A stretch of DNA of 55,873 nucleotides, the filler included, from Platydemus manokwari (Eukaryota), in NCBI GenBank assembly GCA_037951405.1. It is 5 parts of 5 records of this genome, joined end to end, with 100 filler letters (N's around TTAATTAATTAA, not from the genome) between each part and the next. Parts side by side here need not be neighbours in the genome. Positions count along the whole stretch, not along the records: positions 1 to 9,626 come from JBBMOY011224432.1; positions 9,727 to 20,449 come from JBBMOY011109997.1; 3 more parts are not named here. One strand, 5' to 3'. A program made the translations under genes and the position numbers. Of this stretch, positions 1 through 12,829 are shown one piece after another. How positions within the stretch are numbered: the first letter of the stretch is position 1; every line of letters begins with the position of its first letter. The notes under the pieces are model-generated. The model did no database searches and had not been told where the DNA came from. It worked only from the letters and a program-made list of their open reading frames with translations.

Positions 1-2753
1 TGATTTGCTACAGCACACACACAAGTGTTTACATCTGGTGTCAAATTCCGGTTATTAAGTTATAGACCCAATAAATAGCTAGATAGTTTTGAGTTTTTAG
101 TAATTTTGTTTTGTAACAGCTATAAATTGTGCTGGAATCTATGGAAACAGTGTAAAATAGTTGTAATAATGTATAGTTTTGGTAAGAAATAGAAATAATA
201 TTTAATATTTTAAGCATGGCAAATATTTAATGAATTATTTCTTATATTTTATAATTTTATGTACAAGCCCCTTTGTAACCAGGAAACCGTTGCAAATAAA
301 ATACCCCTATATTCGTAAATAAAATAACAGAAATTATTTTCCTATTCAAAATACTCACATTATTTCACCTGCCAACTAAGTTAATTTCCAAAATCATCCA
401 TATAAAATAGATTTAACCCTATTTTACTTCAGTAAAATCCATGTATTCTCCATCACAACAAAATAGCTAAGTGATTTAACAATAAATTCCAGAAAGATTA
501 ATAATAAATTACCTCGATAAATTGAATAATAGCCGAATAAATAATAAAATACACCTCATTTAACTCACGAAAAAGGTTTAATATGAATGCAAGAACTGTA
601 GAAGATATTCAATTATTGCCGAACACATCCATTTCTAAAATTTCCCATAGAACTAAGTAAGCTTAAAGCTTTATAAAATCAAGTATCTGTGTTACACGTC
701 CGTGTTATTATGGAGCTTTGTCACAAAATCTTAAAACAATTTTGTCACAGTATTACCAAGGAATTTATGAACAACAATATTCCAAAGGGGTTGTAAAGCG
801 TTGAATAGAAATAATATAAGAGTATTACATAGCATAATCGTAAATCATTGCATCTTTCATTTAGTGCATCTTTTAATAATCGTAAGTGCGTGGTCAATAT
901 ACGTACTAGTCCAATTCAACTTGGTTATTGTTTCGATAAAGAAATCATCCATTATCATTCATCACTGATTAATGAGGTTGAACAATAAGAGACTGATAAT
1001 AACTACAATAAAATACAATAAACAGAGTCAAGTAAGTACAAAAGTTATACTTCAAAATTATTGTAAAAATCAAAAATACACAACAATGCCATATCTATGT
1101 CGTTCCACTTATCTATACACAAGTTTTTAAACGTCGAGAAAGAAAATCAAATAATTACTAGCTGGTGATCAAACAGAATTCAAGAGACTGGTTTAAGACA
1201 TAAATGACGAGGAAAAATAAATAAAGAAATAAGAAATCATAATAGGAATAATTTTTAAAAAATCTCAAAAGAAACATAAATAAGAAAATAAATCAATAAA
1301 ATCCTCTGTTAAGTACATCATTTTACTGGTTACAGAATTCTTCATGAACAATTACACGTTGACAAATTGCAAGCAATTGAGTACAGTTAATGCCATTTAA
1401 ATTAACTCCCTGGGTAGCTACGAATAATATAGAATATAATTACTTTCAAGATGTGACCCAAAATAAGAACTTAAACGTATACTTCCATAAGAGACCTTAG
1501 CCCCCTAAAGATTAAATGTTCCAGCGAAACTAAGGTTCTATATAGGATTATAAATTTCAGGTTATTTGTTTTTTTTGTTTTTTTTTAATTAAAGAGTCAT
1601 TTGTCTATCACTTATATGCTATTAATAAGTATTGTTGTTTATTGATAATTATTATTAATATTTAGAATTGTTATATCCATTATATTTTATTGAATATTTA
1701 TCCTTAATCAATCGAAATTAATTTATTCTTAATCATATTTACTCACTTCTTTGGAGTCAAATTGCATAGAAATCATTAATCATAGAATTAGATAACAAGT
1801 GCCAATAAAACCTAAAAATTTGGTTATAAATAAAAACTATAGCAAACAATAATATTAATATAAAGCGTCTAGAAACAAATTGGCGCGACATTCAAAATAC
1901 TGACTCTGATTTAAACTACCAGCATTGTCTAACAAGCGAAAATGAGGTTATTATGTCTGAAATATTTAATAAAGATAAAAATGAAAAATATCTTAAAGCA
2001 AAATAAAATAACAGAATATTTTAAGATATTTTTAATTTATTTTTATTAAGAAATAATGGAATTGAAGAGAAAATCTCTTAGAAAACATAAAAGAGAAATC
2101 CAAAATCTGAAACTAGAAATTTACTCTGCAATATCATTTGCAGAAATCATAGGGATTTAATTTAATACGCTTCAAAAGTATTTATGAATAATTATCTTAC
2201 ATGACAGGCCACATTAAGTGCTTAATTATCGAATAGTCAGTAGTGAGATGAGGTTGATTCGATATGGCCATAGTTTCATCGATTTCCTCAGGACAATCTT
2301 TACGAGTAACCCTAGTAAGTTAAGATGGAAAATTTAACCATTCGACCATTAACAGACAGTTTAAAGATATCGATAAAAATTGGAATATTTTTTAAATATA
2401 AAACCCCAACATTAGAATAAATTATGACTACTAAAATTATTATTGCGACAGATAAATTTGTATAAAATTAAGAGTTGAATAATATTTGAAAAATATTATT
2501 AATAGATTATCTACTGTAAAAATATATTGTAAAAATGCTTAAGGAATGTTAAAAATGTTGATGATATGGATATATTACATAGATCTCGGGCATTCAATGG
2601 TATAAATAAAATGCTGCAATGAAGTTATAAATGATAAATAATTGTTAAAGTAATTGATGTTGAAAATTATTCATAAAAAATAACAAGTTGAGATATGGTT
2701 TGAAGAACGGTGCACGACTTCTATATATTTGTACTCCCATAAACAACTATATA

Positions 2754-3303
2754 CCGTGCGGGTTCATAGGTCTCCCTCTCTAAAACTAAAATAAAACAAC
2801 AAAACATAATATAATTTATACTCACACATTTATACTCACTGATATTATTTATTATTCACTCATTAATGTACTTTTTCTTATTTCTTATTGATCAATTGCA
2901 TTATTACAATATGGTGAAAGCAGCTGGCGATGTTAAATTTTCGCTTGCAGAGAGTGTTTAGTCATCCAATAGTGTACCAGAGTAGTACCAAAACTTGCTA
3001 TCAATTTCAACAAAATTTCAATCGTGCACCACCAGCTACGACAACAGTGTAATACTGGAAACAGAAGTTTAAAGAAATTGGAAACTTATCCCCTAGGTTG
3101 CGATCAGAAAGATCGACTGATGAAATCATGAAGGAAGGGTGGTAAATTTTGTAAAGATTGAAGGCACATTCAACGAGAAACTACACGAGTGTGTATGACT
3201 TCACAAACTTCTGTTCTCAGATATTCCAAGGGAAAAAAATTAAAACCTTTTAAATATTCTTTTTTAATTTTAGTTTTAGAGACGGAGACTTATGAATCGC
3301 AAG

Positions 3304-3304
<1 letters not shown>
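2754..3304 (+). mobile_element. Non-autonomous Tc1/mariner-type DNA transposon (internally deleted)
   Basis: Imperfect ~38-bp TIRs: CCGTGCGGGTTCATAGGTCTCCCTCTCTAAAACTAAAAT at 2754 versus the reverse complement of the right end, TCTTGCGATTCATAAGTCTCCGTCTCTAAAACTAAAAT, ending 3304. Both ends are flanked by TA. No intact ORF. Confidence 0.7.

Positions 3305-3341
<37 letters not shown>
3305..3341. repeat. (TA)n(TG)n microsatellite
   Basis: Directly visible; it abuts the TA target site of the upstream transposon. Confidence 0.9.
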
Positions 3342-6300
3342 AAGTGCTAAGTAGTTCAAGCTAATTCAACTAGTAATAACTCGTTGAACGAACTGTAAGT
3401 TAGAAAGATATGATTAAAATCAGAACAATGGAGATTCCAAAAGTTCGTGAAAAACTGAGAATTTTGTAATGAAACTTTGTATTTGTTGTATGACAAATAG
3501 TAATCTTGGTGGCACATTTATTTATGAATTATTTTCACTTGGAGCTAGTATCGTCATCATACTTCTCTAGATAGTGCCAGGTCATACAGTAACACGACTT
3601 CATTCATGTGATATTATTTTTATCAAACTGTAATGAAAGAACTTGTACGTCTTCTTGAAAATAGATCGGTTTAAAACTAGCCTTTATATAACCAAGTAAC
3701 AATAATATAAGATACAATGCAGCTAAAAACTATGAAATTCACGTTTACAACAGTTACCAAATGGATTGCTAAATTGTTGGAAGGAAATGAATGGCTTGCT
3801 ATCTGTTCTAGCTATGAACATGTTCCCAAAAATGAATTATCACAAATAATTAACAACCCCATGAAGACCTCTAAGTTTCTTTCTGATGGTTCAAAAACCA
3901 ATTTCATTATCTGTCAGAAGATCCCATCGTTATGTTATAATTGCTTCATTATCATTCTCCATGGCCTGAATTAATCACAAATAACCGGTTTTCTCGAGGA
4001 TAATCAAAAATAAATATTCCGCATAGCCCATTCTTCAAGCTTTTGACATGTTGCTATCCATCGGAGAGGCTTTTTACCCCCAAATATTGCGCCGTATAAA
4101 GATACTTCTTTTTTAGATTAGTCTTTGGTAAACCTATGACATCAATTTGCGAACCCAAAGTTTTTATCCAAATTTTAATTCTGTAAATTCCATGATTTGC
4201 ACATTTTTGTTCTATTTTTTTAATCCTATCTTTGTTGACTGTATTACCAAAGAACTTTCCTTCAAATAAACCATATTTAACAGATTTAGGCCAGGTGTAA
4301 TAATATTACAAAGTACCTCATACTATCATGACTTTCCAAAGATTATGAAATAACACACGTAGACTATCGCACCTTTAGATATCAAGATTTCCAATAATTT
4401 GTATGAAGTTTTGATAGTTTGAGCCTAGTAAAACTAGACAATTTATACTAAACGATGTCACGTGTTGTTCATTCCTAGTAAATTAAATGTGGTAATACTA
4501 TTGATGGAGACCTATTAACGAGAAATATTTTTCCGATATAAAACAAACGAAAGTGTAATCATAGAAAACAAAATTCATGAATATATCGATCATGTAACAC
4601 CAGTTGATTTATTGGATGTTAATAACAGGGAAGTTATTACACGTGTAATTACTGGATATATTTATGATCTTTAGTAACCAATCATTAAATAATAAGAACA
4701 CAATTACTCCTACTTGTTCTGTGATTGAATCGTTGATTGTGAATCAGTCTTCAACTGTAAGTGTTGCCAATATAAGCGTTAATATTAAGACGATTAGGAT
4801 TGAATTATCTCTTTTAAGTCTGTTTAGTGGGATTACTTTGATTTATACTCAGTTTCTCTGATAAATATCTGGATTTGATTTTAATTGATTATCTTCAAAG
4901 CAATAGAAAATTGAATTGAATGTTTTGTGCTGTGATTGTTACTTGCTATTTTTTCATGAAAATTTAAAGCATAGATTATTCTTTATTTTTCTATATGATT
5001 ATAAAATTTTCAAAAATAATTCATCGATAATTAATTAATTTATTACTATTTTAAACTTGAAAAAATCTTATTCTATTGATTATTTTTTGATTTTACGAGT
5101 TATTCATTTCCTCATTCAAAATACAAGACCGTCGCTTACTTCTATGGTTAATCTAATCTGTGAATATCTATAATAAAATAGTTGTAAAACATGTACGATT
5201 ATTTCTAAGTTAAGACCGATGATAACAAGTCAAGTTTTGTTGTCCCTGGTAAATGCAATAATTGCCATCATAAAGTCAAGCATTAAAAGATTTTTCCTTT
5301 AACCGGATTCCTTATGTGAAGTTTCTGCTGCCTTGGTAGCAACATTCAAAGGGTTGATACATAAAATTACAATAAACACTCTTTCTAGTAACCAATTATA
5401 GGCCTTAAAATTAACAATCTGACTGGATTTAAGTTTTAAATTGGCCAGTAGGCAACAAACATTTAGATGCACTAATAACATGAGAGATTCAATGGTTCGA
5501 CGGCTCTAATAATGAAAAACAGACCTGCAAGACAACAAGACAATGCATTCAACAAATCCATAACAAGAGTTGAGTCTCGAAGACAATTACCAGACCCTTT
5601 ATCGTAGATAAATCTGTGGTTAATTTTTTATCTTTCCGCTGCTGAATCCACTGTTTGATTTAATATTCTATATTTGGGAAAACTTTTATGTTGTTGACGA
5701 TATTGATTGTTTTCTAGTAACTAATTAACTATATTAGTTTCAGTGTTCTAATGATAAGATCTCAATAAACTTAACATTTAGTTCGTACTCTAAATTAAGG
5801 CAAGTGTTGGAAACTTCTAGAACCACATAACACACGAGCAGTCTCACAAACAGGTACATCAACCAACCAATGGCCAGATAAACATATAATAAGATATAGG
5901 GCAATAAGAGGCTCAGAAAATTAATCAAATAACTCTAAAAACATAAGGATCCAGTAAAAACTCTAAATAACATATTTATGAAAATCACAGGAAAGCATGG
6001 AATCACTATAAGAATTGAGCAATTTTTGTCTCAGAGCCAATTGGTAATCAGTATTGATTAAGTTCTATTTGTCATTAAGTCTTTGATTTTCATTGAGTAA
6101 GTTTACTGAGTAATTGTTTCAAAGATTCGTAACGAAAGTATTGAAAATTTTATTTTTTATTAAAAAATGCTGTACATTTTCGATATTTTAGATTTAATTA
6201 AAGAAAAAGAAATCAATGGAAATCAATGTAATGCTATTGTTTATATTTTTGTATGTCGAATGAAAATTTCTAAACTTTACACCTTGAAACAAACTATTTT

Positions 6301-6811
6301 GTAATATGATTACTTTTTATATCAAATAATTTATTTAATTAATATTTTAAATTGCTTCATTTTCAGTTTATGGTCTTTTATTATATTATTTTGATGATAT
6401 TCATAATAGAATATTAATATCAACATATATTTATTATATACTTTCTATGAAAAATCAATGTTATTATACTTTTAGCTTTGAAACCTAATTATGCTAAAAC
6501 TTTTAATGATCCTACCAAATCATATTATAAATTTAGTTGTTTTCAATTGAAGAAATCAAAATTTTTTTTGAAAATAATTAAATAGTAAAACTATAAATTT
6601 TATAATTCTGAACTAATTAATACGAAATAAAATTTTAAATATTTAATAATCAGCATCAAAACTATAATATGTGTAAAATTTATTTATGAATTTGTTTAAA
6701 ATAAGTAATAAATATTAAATTTATTATATAAATTCGACTATCAACTAATTATAATTTTCATAAAGTTTGATTTATTATTTTTCAAGATTTTAGTATTGTG
6801 AAATGTCATAA

Positions 6812-7195
6812 ATGCCCAAACCAATAAGACCCAGTATATTTAAGGAGCGTCCTGATATTTCAAGCTTATTTACCAATGAAGATCCAACATTTATTTATAC
6901 CGATTTGAGGCAAATTGGCTGTGGAAACTTCGGAGCAGTTTATTATGTAAATTATTTTATTAGCTGGAAATAATTTTCACTTAGCAATTGTATTAATTTT
7001 ATCCATTTTCAGGCCAGAAATGTTAATACACAAGAAATTGTAGCTATTAAAGAAATCAAAGTTGATGGTAAAAAGAAAAAGTCTGAAAGAGAAGATTGGG
7101 AAGATATAGCTCGAGAAGTCAGATTTTTAAGGGAATTGAATCATAAAAATTGTTTGAGTTACAAAGGATGTTATTTAAAAGATCAGAATGCTTGG
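6812..7195 (+). CDS. tao: TAO-family (STE20 group) Ser/Thr kinase, coding exons 1-2 only (6812-6946, 7013-7195)
   Basis: Spliced translation MPKPIRPSIFKERPDISSLFTNEDPTFIYTDLRQIGCGNFGAVYY/ARNVNTQEIVAIKEIKVDGKKKKSEREDWEDIAREVRFLRELNHKNCLSYKGCYLKDQNAW resembles the TAOK N-terminus ([23 protein letters not shown]...YKGCYLREHTAW). 66-nt GT-AG intron, donor GTAAG at 7196. Later exons were not found in the window. Confidence 0.92.
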
Positions 7196-9626
7196 GTAAG
7201 ATTTGATGCGATCATGTATTTGATGAAGTTTAAATTGTGATAAAAATCAAAGTTTTAGTGTTTTTATTAAAAATTTAAAAAAACTCTTGTTGCAGCCTTA
7301 TTTAATCACATCTGAAATGATCTCTAATATATCAATATTTGATCTATTTTATTCAACATGAATAATTGAACTCTGTAATGAAGGAAACGAATGGAATTGT
7401 TGATGAATTTGAGTATTTGTTTGTAATGATTATGTTTTTCGATGAATGTTTGATATGATTTGATGGAAACATCAATATATATATATATATATATATAGAT
7501 GATATTTTATGGGATACATTTGGTGTTGATGGGATAAACTTGATTATTTTTACATTGATAATATTTTCATTGATAAATGATTGTCATGGAAATATCTATT
7601 TAAATCTAACCTTGATATCAATAATAAAAACATTCAATGAAATCAATATTCAATATAATATCAAATGGGAACTGTTTCATTATAAAGGGATTATATATTG
7701 ATTGGAATTATAATATATTCCTCTCGTTGATTATTAATGAATATAATGCATTATATTTGTCATGATTATTATTTATCCCAACAACAGTGTAACAAATATA
7801 TCCTCATTGAAATATCCCATACATATATAGATATAGAGATAGATATGAATATATTATTATAATTATTATTAATAATACTGATCTATTGAATTGGTGTTCA
7901 GTTAAGTGTTCAGTTCCGTGTTGTTGTTATTATTATTCGTTTTGTCATTCACAATTAACATAAATTCCACTGATTCGGTGTTAGATGAATGGAAATGTTT
8001 TTTTTGTTTTTCCATTTTTCATTGTTTGCTTAATCTTTTGTTTTGTTGATTTGATTTGATTTATATTTATTTTTATCATTGATTATAAATGTGAACAGTT
8101 TTATTTTATTATAAATGCTTGTTGATATATGTGCTGTGGGGCGTATAGAATTACATATGACACACACACACATACATACATACAGACCACTCATCAAATC
8201 ATTTTCATATTATTATTATTATTATTGTCTCTAAATATCTCATTTATTTATTCTCTTTATATTTTCCTTGAATATCTATTAATATTTTATATGATTTGTG
8301 TTGAAATAATCATTTTCATGTCCATTTATATATTTCTCACCTTTTGATTCCAGACTCATTCCATCATTATAATTATTAGTTTTAATTAATTATTAATTAT
8401 TTTCTTGTCATTACATGCATGAAATATTATTTGTTTTTATAAAAACAATGATAAATTATTGACAACATATAAAGCAAATGTGTATTATATAAGCATAAAT
8501 ATTATCAATTGATATTCAAGAAATGATCCAATATATACATGTTTGTGTGTATGTGTGTGTGTGTGTTTGTAGCTTGAAGCATGATTGGATGAGATTATAT
8601 ATATTATATTATATATGTTTTATATATATATATACAATTGGTATAGATGTTGATATGATTATTATGATGATGATGATGATGAGGTTAATGTTTGATTTGA
8701 TTGATTATCACCAATCGAAACCTTGATTATTATTTTTGAATTATTATTATTGATTTTATCAGATAAATATAATCAATATTTCATTGTTAGATGTGATTGA
8801 TATTGATATTATTTGATCATCTAATTCCATTATTGATTGATATGATCGATCTAGCCATCAATACTCGTTATTATCAGGGGATACCAAATCAGATTTGTCG
8901 ATATTTTTGAATTTAAAAAAATGGATTTGATTAATTTTGTCAACTGATTAGATTGATTTGAAATTGAATTGCGGATAATTTGTTTAGAAAATCTCTTGTT
9001 ATTGATTATATAGAATTATGAATGAAATATTAAATATATTATCAATATTTAATGATATATAATGAACATTTATTATTATTATCAAATTTTATTTATATTT
9101 GTTATAAATGTTTCAGTTTTTTTTTAAATATTTTTAGAATTAATAAAATATTTTGAAAATGATATCAAATTTGATTATAATAAAATATTAATTAATAATA
9201 ATAATTTATTAGAAAATGATTATCTTTTCCAATATAAATATTGAATATGATTTCTGTTGTTGCTTGTATAATGATATATATTGGAATAAAGCATGATTTC
9301 TGTTGTTGATTTGTCATTGATCAATGGTTGTATAGAGAGAGAGAGAGATCGACAATAAGAGAGCTTTCAATGATCTAGATTGATATATTTATTTTATCAT
9401 TAAACCACAATATTATATGATTTCAAATTGTCCAGTGACTTGATCATTCTCTAATCATTTCGTTTCGTTTCTAATGTAATTTTAATCTTTCCGCTATTCG
9501 ATAGCTTGTTGCTAGATCGACGACAAATATCATCATCATCACTATCACTATCACCATCATCTTATTATATATTCAATCATTTAGTTATGTTGTTAAATTT
9601 AATTTTATACTTAAAGTGTTTGTCAT

Positions 9627-9726
9627 NNNNNNNNNNNNNNNNNNNNNNNNNNNNNNNNNNNNNNNNNNNNTTAATTAATTAANNNNNNNNNNNNNNNNNN
9701 NNNNNNNNNNNNNNNNNNNNNNNNNN
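9627..9726. other. Assembly gap/spacer (N44-TTAATTAATTAA-N44)
   Basis: 100-nt N run with a six-frame stop linker; an assembly artefact. Confidence 0.97.
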
Positions 9727-10676
9727 GTTGTCAAGCTTGTATGATTATGTAGGTGTGCCAATGTTTAAATTGCTAAAACAAGGGTTTCAAGGTACGAAAT
9801 CGTATTTCTTTTTCAGGATTTTGTCTTCACTCAACAATAGTGTGTTAATCCATTTTTAATAAAATAGAAGAATACGTGAAGCTAAGGATACATATTCGTT
9901 ATAGAAGCCTTGTGTTATATGCCATTCGACTTTGTCATTATTTTGATCAAGTGAGCTAGATTGATACTGAATAATCAATATTATATACCTTATTTGGTTG
10001 TATCGTCATAATATAGAGTTGTGTTTCACAACAAACTCTTATGGGTGTGTACCTTAAGGGGTTGATCAGAGCTCACAGAGACTGGTCAAGACGGCAATGA
10101 TCCATAATAAACTATAAAATACAGAGACTGATAATAAAATTAACAAAGCAACCCCCAAACACAACAAAAAATTAATACTTTATTTGATAATTCGACATTA
10201 ATAATGTATTGATATTTTTGTATTCGCTTTATGTTATGATAGTTTTTTCAGATATGAAATTATCAATAATTACTTTGAAAGAATATCTTAATGTTTGTGT
10301 ATTATTAACCGGAAGATAGAGATTTTAGAGAACGACGCAATATTAATTGATAATTAAATGATAAATCACAATAGCAATAATAACGAATAACAAAAGATAG
10401 AATATAGCAATCGGACGGTCGAACCACATAAATAATATTAATACAAGAAAGGGAGAATGAGAAGAGCAAATTATGTTGAATAATAAAAATATAACGGCGA
10501 TAATAACAGTAATTATAACTACAGTGATAGTAATAATAAAAGTGCAATTAATAAAGATAGAATAAGTATTTAAGTTTCATCTGATCAGAAAGAAAATACA
10601 TATAAAAATATCAAAGGAACAAAAATGGTAACAGAAAAATAGTCTGATTTTATCTGATCAGAGAATAAGCATATGT

Positions 10677-12829
10677 CAATGGTTCTCAACCTTTATAGGC
10701 AATGCCCCATTAAAGTCTCTTTAAAATCCAGATGTCCTCCATATACAGAACAGATCGAAAAAGTTCTATTATCTTAGTAAAAATAATGTATTTTATGAAA
10801 AACAGGAACCACAGAATCAAGATATGCAAAGCAATGCTAAACAGCATAAATATAAAAGCGATTTAATTAAACCATTTCAATAAACCATCGTAATTTTAAT
10901 TATCCTTCACTAAATTGTACACGTTTAGTGAGATCCTCGTGCTTGATGTTTACTACTACACATAGATCTTATGTTAGGTACCAATTTAGAAAGTTTTAGT
11001 CTTAAGTCTCCTCTTTCAGTGATATCCAGTTGATTTCATTTCTTCAGTAGCAAATCAATAACAGCACTAAAGCCACATTCAGCTAAATATGACGAAGAAA
11101 ATGGCAGCAACAATTTCATTGAAAATTTGATCAAATTGGTATATTTAACCTCTGTCTCATAACAAAACCATCTCATTGTTCCTTTCAAACAAGTCTAATA
11201 ATGTGATGATATCAAATATCTTTGTCTTTGCATCAACAAGAGTCTTGTTTGTACTCCGAAGATGTTTATTCAACACATTCAGTTCTCCGAAATATATGCC
11301 AATTAATTGACAAATGCTTTACCATCCGTGGTTAGTAGATTTTTCATTTCAGTCCTATCTCTTAAAAATTCAACAAGAACATCAAATAGTTGTATGAATC
11401 TTTTTAAGCTATTCCCCTTCGACAGCCACTGGACCTCAGTGTGAAGTAAAAGTCTCACATGGTCTGCATTCTCATATTTACAATACTGCTTGAAGAAACC
11501 CTCACATTTGTCATTGGTTTTGATGACATTGATACATTTTATTACTGATTCCATAATATCATTAAGCACAAGAGAAACATTTTTGGCCACTAAGCTCTCT
11601 CTATGAATAATAGAGTGCACAAGAACCATGTCAGAATTCGCATCTTTTATTAATTTTAAGCAACACGGTTTCTTCTCCATCATAACCGGAGCACCATCTG
11701 CGGCACAAGATGTTATGTTTTCCATTGGTATGTTATTGGTATCCAAATAGTCTTTGAGCTTTTTGTATTTATCATACACAGTAGTGGTGATCTCTAAAAA
11801 TTTGCAGATTCTTCACTAAATCTATCTTTATTAATATATCTTATATAGGTTAGCAATATGGCCTCACTATCCCTTACCGTTGATTCATCCAGCTGTAGTG
11901 AGAAATTTCTTGATTTCAGCTTTTTAGCAAGTTGTGTTTCAATGTCATCGCACATTTCATCTATTCTTCTTCTGACAGTATCATTACTAAGTGGCACGGC
12001 TTTCACATTTCTGTCATCTTTTTCCAGAACTGTTTTAACATATGCAGATATTGCCAGTTTAAGTAATTTCTCCAATATGGTGTGATTTTTCCCAGATTTA
12101 GCAATGAGAAAGTAGATTTCATAGCTAGCCTCAAGAGTACAGTGAGTGTAGTGAACAGAGACTTCGTTGTTGATCGATTTTCAAACATATCCTTCGAAGA
12201 CTTGAAATAATGTAAATCTGAATCTACATATGCACTATTTTTTGACATTAAATGCGCCTGTAAACGACCTTTTTTAATTGATTCATTAGACAACCATTGA
12301 TGGTGTAAAAGGCAGAAAGGCAAACGTTTATCATGGTTGGCCGGTATGAAGCCCCATTTTAAGTATTCATCTGAATATTGACAAACTTTATTTTTCCTCG
12401 CAGTAATTATGTCACTGTTAGACATTGAGCTCATTTCTAAAGAAATAAACATATAAAATGCTCATGAAAATTTAATAAAATAGACCGTTATTTTAGAGAT
12501 GTGAAACAAGTATTAGGCTTTAATTTACACTAGTAACTAGTTAATACCACCAATTTTAAACTATCAAGAAATCGGCCTAAAATGTAATTTGACGCATTTA
12601 AACACAATAGTATAGATTAATTAGCCATTGAATCATAGACTATAAGCAAATAGATGAGGTAGAAATGGACTTTTGCATTATGATTAAAATATATTACATG
12701 TAAATTTGGAATATAATGCAATGTTAGTAACTAATTCTGAAATAGCCTCTTCAAACAAAAAATATCCCATTGGCCCCAAAAATGAAATTGCCCCCTTGTA
12801 GGACATACGCTCCACCTTGAGAAGCACTG
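10677..12829 (-). mobile_element. hAT transposon, Buster/Charlie subgroup
   Basis: TIRs CAATGGTTCTCAACC (10677) and CAGTGCTTCTCAAGG (reverse complement, ending 12829). Degenerate 8-bp TSD GCATATGT/GCATAAAA with the central TA typical of Buster elements. Decayed transposase inside. Confidence 0.88.
10925..12452 (-). pseudogene. Frameshifted Buster-type (ZBED8/SCAND3-like) transposase
   Basis: Motifs YSDEYLKWGF, VPLSNDTVRRRIDEM, FSLQLDEST, AADGAPVM, HSIIHRESL, LLLHTEVQWLSKG; C-terminal LLLPFSSSYLAECGFS and end KHQARGSH*. Several frameshifts and an internal deletion. Confidence 0.9.

Noticed and set aside
8129-8726. Hydrophobic ORFs of 72 and 67 aa
   Set aside because: They are translations of ATT, TG and ATG microsatellite-rich sequence downstream of the TAO exon 2 donor, probably intronic.
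9627-9726. TTAATTAATTAA palindrome recurring four times
   Set aside because: It always sits inside identical N spacers; an assembly linker, not biology.
10022-10197. Possible solo LTR (TG...CA)
   Set aside because: No TSD, PBS or second copy to fix the ends.
11858-12085. Plus-strand 75-aa ORF
   Set aside because: Antisense shadow of the hAT transposase; the ORFs at 37893, 40012 and 40507 are likewise shadows of Polinton genes.
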